Positions 54,942-64,000 of a DNA stretch of 64,000 bases are shown piece by piece. The first letter of the stretch is position 1; every line of letters starts with the position of its first letter. The position numbers and the translations under genes are program-made. Origin of the DNA: Zygnema circumcarinatum SAG 698-1b (Eukaryota; Plantae; Zygnematophyceae); contig CM074804.1 in NCBI GenBank assembly GCA_037447605.1, forward strand, positions 1,240,001 to 1,304,000. Direction: 5' to 3'. The notes beneath the pieces were generated by a model. It was given only the letters and a program-made list of their open reading frames with translations. It had not been told where the DNA came from and searched no databases.

Positions 54942-55848
54942 TATTGCGGGACTGACGTAAGATTTGCCTGCAGATATTGCACTCCACTAAACGACAATTC
55001 TCAAGATTTCCAAGCGACGAATGCTGTCAGATAACGCTTGCCCCAGGTGGCGACAGCTGCCAATCTGCGATATTGTCGTTTGCAAGCCCATTAGGCCTCT
55101 GCACCCGCCCCACGTCGCCCGGCGCAACCTTTAACTCTAGCGGGTGCGGTCTTGTCCGCATCCGCGCCACCAGGCAGTATCGATGCGACACCCGGACGCC
55201 GTACACGTCGTACATTCCTTGAGATTGCGGAGCTGCCAGAATCGCCCATTCGTACAGCGTGGAGAATCCCAGAGTCTCCCAAATTCTACGACAGTCGTCG
55301 AATGACGCGTGTGGACAGCTACTCGCCGTACATACATGTGTATTGATTCATACAACCATTGGTACGGCCGTGTCTTATTCGTACGATACCGTACTCAGAT
55401 ACCGTACATCCGCCCGCCATTACTCTCGGGGCTGCACTGCACTGCCGGCGGCAGGTCCGCTGCTCGGCTCGCCCAATGGCCAGTCGCCACGTACACAACC
55501 TTTCGCAGGCGTGGTAGTCTCTCACATGCGGGTGCAGTAGCGCTGCCGTTACCCTCGCTCTCACCTCTCTTCCTCTCTCCCATTCCTTTTCTCCCCCTCC
55601 CTCTCTCCGTCCCTCCCACTCTCCCTCTCTCCCTCTCCCTCTCCCTCTCCCCTTTCCTCACCATCTCTCTCCCTCTCCCTCTCCCTCTCCCTCTCCCTCT
55701 CCCTCTCTCCCTCTCTCCCTCTCTCCCTCTCACCCTCCCTCTCCCTCTTCCCCCTCTCCCTCTTCCCCCTCTCCCTCTCTCCCTCTCCCTCTCCCTCTCC
55801 CTCTCCCTCTCCCTCTCCCTCTCCCTCTCTCCCGCCCTCTCCGAAGTA

Positions 55849-55965
55849 TCACGGGCCCATGTGGTGCCTGAAGTCGGCGCTGCACGCCTCCGCGGGGCTG
55901 CTCTTGCGCGTATGCGCCGTCCAGGCGGTGCTGCAGGGCCGGGACCTGTACCCGCTGCGCCGGGG
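55849..55965. other. Probable coding exon of unresolved strand and gene
   Basis: Third positions are almost all G/C in a register shared by + MWCLKSALHASAG... and - GYRSRPCSTAW...HHMGP*. No family recognised. Confidence 0.35.
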
Positions 55966-57607
55966 GGGAGGGGGAGGGGGGGGACCGGCTGCTGCTGCAT
56001 GCGCAGGCCGCGGCCATGGCTGCGGCGCGCTTTTGTCGCAGGAAGCCAAGGACCGCGTAATTGTTGTCTTGACGGGAACGTCGGTAGAGCAGAGTGAGTG
56101 AGATGCCGATTTATTTGTTGGTGGTGGAACCTCAATCATGCTTGCTGATCTCTTTCAATTTTCAAGAGATTTGAAGAGTCTTTCCGAGTTGAAACTCATA
56201 GTGTTTGAAGGTTTCAGAACTGAGACGTTTGTCAGTGCCTGCCTGCACCACGCAGGCGAGGTGACGCTGTACTGTTCTCCGAGGATCACAAACGACACTG
56301 AGATTGCAGCCAACGCCGGTAAGCATCTTTCCATATGCGCCGGCATTGTCCCCTCAGTGATAGCCTGCATCGAACGTTCAAAACGAACAATTTCAGTGGA
56401 CGTCCCCCTCGTCATGGTTTGGACGGCAGGACGCCGATCTCGCTCGATCAATCGATGACCAATGCAAGTGGCAGGACGCAGTTAGCATGTGGAAGCACGT
56501 GACGAATGAAACGAAGATTTTGGAAACCTTGAATGTGCAGGAGCTCTTTCAACCAGCTTGGAGATGCAATCTGACATTGTGAGAGGGTGAGATTGGCAGA
56601 AAGAGGAAGGAGAGAGAGAGGGAAAGGCAAAGAGAGAGACAGAGAGCGAAAGACAGTGAGCAGCCATAAGCAAACTTGAAATTCAGTCGGGAAGTGAGGG
56701 TAGTTTTGGGATATTCTTGGACTGCTGCTTCCCCAGTCCTCTGGTGCACATCACACAGAACGCGGATTCAGTTCTGTTGAGCGCGCTGATACCACCGTGC
56801 AGCGTAGCCTCAACTGCAAATATAACTGCAACTGTAACTGTGCCACCGTTCGCCCGCCCGGACCATGTACGGATCACGGCCAGGTTCCATCGAGCGCGCG
56901 TAAAATCACGCTCGTCAGACTGCGCGTTTTACGGTTTTTCAGTTTCCCTGACGTCAGCGTTGTCCAATCCGCGCTCGCCACGTGGTTACCGCCAATATGC
57001 TGCGAGCTCGGCGGCCTCGACCGGCGGTCACCGCGCGTCGATGGCGGCGAGCCAGCGTGGCATTGACGTCCGACGTGGCGACGCGCTATTGGACATCAAA
57101 ATTCTCCGAGGAGAATCTCGAATTGCCAAAATTGTGTCGTGCAGCCGCGCCACGTCGACAGCACGTCGACGCCACGTCGGTGCCACGAAAGAGTAACGAG
57201 GGGCTTGGAAACGCGCGCGAATTCACAAAAATAAATTTGAGAAATTGCGAATTTTCGGTTCGCCTTTGCTGTTTTTGCAGCCGTTCAGCTTGCATGCGTG
57301 CATGCATGCACATGCTTGCATGGTTACGGAAGACTTCATCGCCATCGTGAGATCAAATGCCGCACCTTTTTCCTCTCCACCTAGAAGAAGTCGTGTACCT
57401 TTGCGACCCCACACTGACGCTGTGCGCGCATGCCGGCGATCGCATGCAGGCCCCGCGGAGGCCGCCTTCGTCTGCTCGAGCACCCTGGCGGACCCTTCGA
57501 TTCGACCTACACCAAACACCAATGTTGGTCAGACTCGTCACACCACGCATGAACATAATCTCGCTCTGTCACTCTGTTTCTCCACTTTCTCTCTCTCTCT
57601 CCCCTGT

Positions 57608-57648
<41 letters not shown>

Positions 57649-57852
57649 TGGCCTCACCGGACAAAGTCAACCTATCATCTTGGGCCTAAAACCTATGTCA
57701 AAACACAGTTCCCGGCAGCAGACTAGAGCAAGCGACTGAGCTTATCAAACCCGTACTTTTCCCCATTGTCTTCCAGCATTACTGTTACCTGAACAAAAGC
57801 ACGACTTAATTCTGGCGTATTCTTCTTTCGGCTCTTTCTCTCCTTTGCGCCT

Positions 57853-60645
57853 TTGCTGTGCGAAGATATCCCTCCTCCCACAGTGTGTTCAGGTAAATCG
57901 ATCCTCAAACAGGTGAAGGCTTTTGAAAATTTCCGGAGAAGCTCTTGGCGGGAGCGAGATGTGATAGGCAGCCTCGGGTGCGGCCATTTGGAGGGTCTCG
58001 ATCAGTACCTAACCTCGATTTGGGACCCATCGAAACGGCTGGTCAATTTGGTCAACATTGGAGCCAATAAAGGTGAAGGCAGAAGACCCACTTCACAAAT
58101 ATCGTAATGCTGAATTCATGCATTGTACATTCTTCAATAATAACCCTCTGAGTAATTCTGCATGCAGGCTATAACCTCATAGAGTGGATTGAGCAATGGA
58201 AATTAGCCAAGAAGAGCCCCCGAGGGTGGGGGAGACACCTCAGAGAGAAGTATGGGAAGCGGAAGGGACTATATACAAGCAACCTTTGCGGATCATGCCG
58301 TGACTGCCAAGCAAAGCCAGCAGAATTTCCAGGTGCCCGGGTTTGACCCGTTTTTTCTTTAGCCGAAGCTCCATGTTTGGGACAGGAGAGGGAGGGGCTA
58401 AAAAAACGATTTTGAATCATTGATTGCTTATGAAGGAGTGAGTCCTCTCTTAACTCTGGCTTGTTGCGCGATGCATACTGAGCTTGTGGAGAAAATTTGG
58501 ATGTGTTTTTAGACTTTCCGACGAAGTTCGCTCCAGGAAGGGGGGTCCACATATTTGCATTGGAGCCCAGCATCACTAATTTCAAGGTTCTTCTTGAGTT
58601 GAAGGTGCGGTTCTTTCTCTCTCTCTCTCTCGCTCTCTCTCTCTCTCGCTCTCTCTTTCTCTCTGGCATTCTGGAAGTAGACTTGCATGAATCGGAGGCT
58701 GATCCAGGATTACAACTTTTTAATGAAGCACTGTTGGAAAAAATAAAATTGCTCTAATTGCTGTTTCACAGTAGTTTTGGAGTTTGCTGATATATGCTGA
58801 ACCTTCCACTCAATGTTATGCCTCGTTGCTGTTCAACAAGTGCTCGAAAGCCACCTCTAGAGGTGATAATCAAAAGTCTTTGGGAGAGGGATATTGAGCG
58901 GTTCAGACTTGGTCAGGCTATGGGAGAATGACTCTGCTGAACGCTGCAGCCGCCAATGTTAGCGGAGTTGCGGACTTCCCTGTCACCACGTACGGCTCAA
59001 ATACTCGCCCGAGGCCTGGTCTTCTGTTGTGACTTTATCGCCAACTCTCGTGTCCATTGCTTGCATGCATTCACACCTTTTCCACTCCTTTGTTACAGGT
59101 GCGGTGAGGAGGGGGGAGGGGGGAGGGGGGAGGTAGGGCTAGGGGAGAGGGGGCGGGTGGGGGGGAGGGGTAGAGAGACGGTGGGGAGAGGGAAAGAGTG
59201 GGAGAGGGAGGAATGAAGGGGAGGAGGAGGAACTTGAGAGTCATCAGGCGTATACAGAGGGAGTCCCTCCTATGTAAGTTCTCTGAATCTCTTTGTGAAG
59301 GAATTCGGGCTTTCAGATTGGGTTTCACAAAGGCCAAGTTAGGAGATGGTGGTAAACGAACTGTGTCCGTTCGCGTATTCACAGTTGAAGAATTCATGGA
59401 GGAGCACAGAGTTGAGCACATCAACTACCTCAAGATTGATACAGAAGGGTAAGCTCTGACATCATTGATCGCTGATAGAGCAAGAATGAGGAAGACAGTT
59501 AAATCCAAGAAGCATTAATATCAATAATTCATGCGCCCGTCATCTACAGTCAGAGCGTGATTAACAAGGGCGAAAGTTTCTGTACATTCAGAAGACATGA
59601 TGGTTTGGTTACTTTCCAGAGAAGAGAAATTGTAGTAGCTTTTCAATGGACTATCCTAAGAATGCTATAGGGTGGAAACAATGTGTTGCGCAAACCCTAT
59701 AAGCTTGAAAGCTCCTGCAAAATCTGAATGCAGCACCCGGAAGTTTGAAAACGTTTTGCAGACACGACCCCTTGGTATTATTTGGTTCCGAAAAAGCTTT
59801 TAGAGCTCACCGAATCGAATTGGTGGAGTTTGAGTACCACAAAATGGGAACCTGGGCTAAAATTCGGCTTCAAGATGTAGTGAAATGGTTCGACTCGCTG
59901 GGCTACGACTGCTTCCTTGAACTCTGGCAAGGTTAGGCTCTGCCCCAGAGGCTCCTCTCCCTCTCTCTCCCTCAAATCTCTCTCTCTCCCTCACCCTCTC
60001 TCTATATATGTCTCGCCCCTTGATCCCTCCACCAGTTCTTTCTCTACCTCTGTTCCCTCTTCCATCTTTACCCATTCCTCTCCCCTTGCTCGCTCACCAT
60101 TGAGCTACTTCTCTCTCTGTTCCCTAATTTCCTCACTCTGTCTCCTCTCTCTGCTCTCCGTCCCTTTCTTTAACACGGGCTTTCTGCTTTCCTTGTCTTC
60201 AGCGATCTTCCTTTCTTTCGTCCCCCCATACCCTTTCTCCCTCTCCCCCTGTGCTTTTTCTCCTCCATTTTCCTTATTTCGTTTGCCCTCCTACCTCCTA
60301 GCCATAGTAAGGAAATTGATGCACCTCTTGCTTTGTACCGCTCATATCACTCCCCCAACCCCACCCCCGCCCCCCCCCACCTCCCCCCAACCCCATTCTG
60401 AACACTGTGAAACCATTGCATGCAAATTGTGAGTGTTCCATGTGTTCACCTCTCTCCTCCTCCGCCGGCATGCATGCATACTTGCTGTCATGCCTGCAGG
60501 CGAGCACACAAGGGAGGGCGTGATGTGCCTGACGGGCTGTTGGGACGACATTTTTGAATTCCGCGGTTGGGCCAACGTGGCGTGCTCGAGCCGCCTGAAC
60601 GGCCCCCTCACCGCCTTCCTCCGCGGGGCCTGCAACTGGCTCTGA
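57853..60645 (+). CDS. FkbM-family (Methyltransf_21) SAM-dependent methyltransferase, multi-exon; true start uncertain
   Basis: LVNIGANKG-YN, HIFALEP, VFTVEEFMEEHRVEHINYLKIDTEG, LVEFEYHKMGTW, FDSLGYDCF, CLTGCWDDIFEFRGWANVAC in exons with GT-AG boundaries. Confidence 0.85.
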
Positions 60646-61272
60646 CTCGCGCACTCAGCTCGACCCTCCAGGGAGGGAGGGAGGGAGGGAGGGAGGGAGG
60701 GAGGGGGAGGGAGGGAGGGGGGGGGAGGGGGAGGAGGGGCCACGGTTCCATGCTCCAACACGGCGAGGACTCCGTTCTGTAGTATAGTCCAAGAATTTGA
60801 TTGATTTTTTAGTTTAAAGTTTCGTTCCATGTTTCCGAGTAGAACTGTACCAATAGGGACACGCACTTAGTTGCATTGTGGCCATACCACGCTCCAGGTG
60901 GTGCCACGTGGCAGCAGGCCCAAGTCCCTTGCTCCAGTGGTCGCCACGTGGAACTACAGGGAAAAGCAAATAATATTACCCCGTTTTTGCGTGCGAGTGC
61001 GCGGTCGCGACGCCGAGGTTTTTCGTCGCAATCTGGACAGCTCGTGTGCTCGGGCTGCTGACGTACGCATGGCGTCACCTCACTTTGCCCACAGATCCTG
61101 TCCTGTTAAAGTTAGCCTCGACAAAGTTAATTTTGTGGTAAAGTGAGTCCTGATTGGACGGCACTTGTGCGCTTCTGGCATGGCAACCTGGCTTGGCTTG
61201 GCTTGGCTTGGCTTGGCTCTTGTCCATGCTATGTCATGTGGAACGAATTTTGCGGGGATGCAAGTTGGCCCT

Positions 61273-61350
<78 letters not shown>
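61273..61350. repeat. (ATGCCC)13 hexamer repeat, with (CTTGG)n at ~61187-61216
   Basis: Direct count of 13 perfect units. Confidence 0.95.
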
Positions 61351-61588
61351 CCCCATGCCCCTTGGAAGGGTCCCCCCCGGATCGCGAACGCGCGTGTGAG
61401 TTTGCGCTGCCTTTAAAAAATACAAAACGGGACGCGGCGCGGGAATTTGGAGGGGAAGCGATCAAGCGGCGAACGGGAGTGTGGGCGAGCCTCCTACGTC
61501 CTGTCGCGCCCTCCCCCTCCCTCTCTCTCCCTCCCCCCCTCTCCCTCCCTCTCCCTCTCTCCCTTTCCCTCCCTCTCCCTCCCTCCAA

Positions 61589-61727
61589 ATGAGTGTGCCT
61601 GTGCGATACATGCGCTTGCTCGGCGGGTACCTTTCCAACCGCAGGGCGTCGCTGGTCAAGCTCGTGTGGCTGCTCGTAGCGGCTTCCGTCGCGCTGGTGC
61701 TTCTGCGGGGCTCATTCTGCGACGATG
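61589..61727 (+). CDS. First exon of a type-II-membrane-like protein (function unknown, 3' partial)
   Basis: ATG after a CT-rich leader; GC3-rich MSVPVRYMRLLGGYLSNRRASLVKLVWLLVAASVALVLLRGSFCDD with a hydrophobic stretch; GTAAGC donor. Confidence 0.6.
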
Positions 61728-62151
61728 GTAAGCGGCTCGTTTCTGTTCATGGTCGCGGAAAACCGATCGACTCTTCACTTGATTGACAAAACACCCCTTC
61801 ACTTCACTTCACTTCACTTCTGAGTAAACACTTCATTGACTAATCATTTGCGTGAGTAAAGGGAATGTTGTATTCATGAGTGGATTGAAGCAGTCCGAGA
61901 GTAATATGAGATGAGAATGAGATAAGGGTGAGATGGCTGGCTGTAGTAGTGCGAGAAAATGTTGGAGTTTCATAGAGGGAGAGGCAGCAATCTGCAAACG
62001 CGGCGTTCTCTGATTACGAGTCTGTTTGTAGGGTTGAGTAGCAGCCCCTGCGAGTCTGACTCCGTAAGATCTGTGTGAAAAATCGAAAAGCACTGCAAAA
62101 TGACATTGTGAGAGAGCTTTGTGAGAACTGAGAGAGAGAGAGTGTGTGGAA

Positions 62152-63490
<1,339 letters not shown>

Positions 63491-64000
63491 CGAGCCCGTC
63501 TGTGATTTTCTTCATTTCAAGGAAATAGTAGATCATTTGCCAAGCCTGGCTTGAGCACTTTCAGTGTTTATTCTTCGTAGAAAGAAAAGTACGATAACGA
63601 CCTTTTCCTCCAGAAAATCTTGAAAGCTCTGAAATTATTTAAATGCATTGAAATCTTAAAGTGCCTAAAAACCGTCAGATGCCACTCACACAATATGTTT
63701 TTGCGCGCAGACGTCTGCTACAACAATGTGAATCGATCTCTGGTTTTTCGATCTCCAACAATTAGCAGGAGTGAGGATCTTGTTTATCACGATTTTCTCT
63801 CTCCCGATCTCTCTCTCTTCCCTCTCTACTCTTTTCACGAGCTCTGCAAGTCCAGTAACTCTTAAAAGATGAAGTCGTTCTATCCAAGCTGTGGCTGAAA
63901 ACTACATTCCACAGCAGGAGGTGGAAACAGGTCGCCTTCAACTTGAGTTTGTTTTGAAGTTCAGACTCTTATCAAACCAATTCGTATCTATCTTCTCTTT

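Overview
Eukaryotic, intron-rich, GA/CT-microsatellite-rich nuclear DNA with plant-type gene content. A streptophyte green alga or early-diverging plant is my inference from the genes and cis-elements; the taxon is not determined. About 13 host genes can be spliced by eye: a bacterial-type 3D-domain (peptidoglycan lytic transglycosylase-like) protein (5' partial), an OCA/Siw14-like tyrosine phosphatase, two alpha/beta hydrolases, a large WRKY factor with an atypical C-X3-C zinc finger, NMD3, AE7/CIA2 (with a U12-type AT-AC intron), an F-box/WD40 protein, a GRDP/DUF1399 protein, an ATL-like RING-H2 protein with no visible RING C-terminus, a tyrosine/nicotianamine aminotransferase, an FkbM-family methyltransferase, and the first exon of a type-II-membrane-like protein. 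Positions ~17-26 kb are a decayed retroelement cluster: a chromoviral Ty3/Gypsy with an LTR-like insert in its RT, and a CRE-like RLE non-LTR element interrupted by a solo LTR with a 5-bp TSD. A TA-flanked MITE lies at 54.2-54.9 kb. No rRNA, tRNA or CRISPR array is seen. All calls come from manual translation and remembered family motifs, not from database searches.
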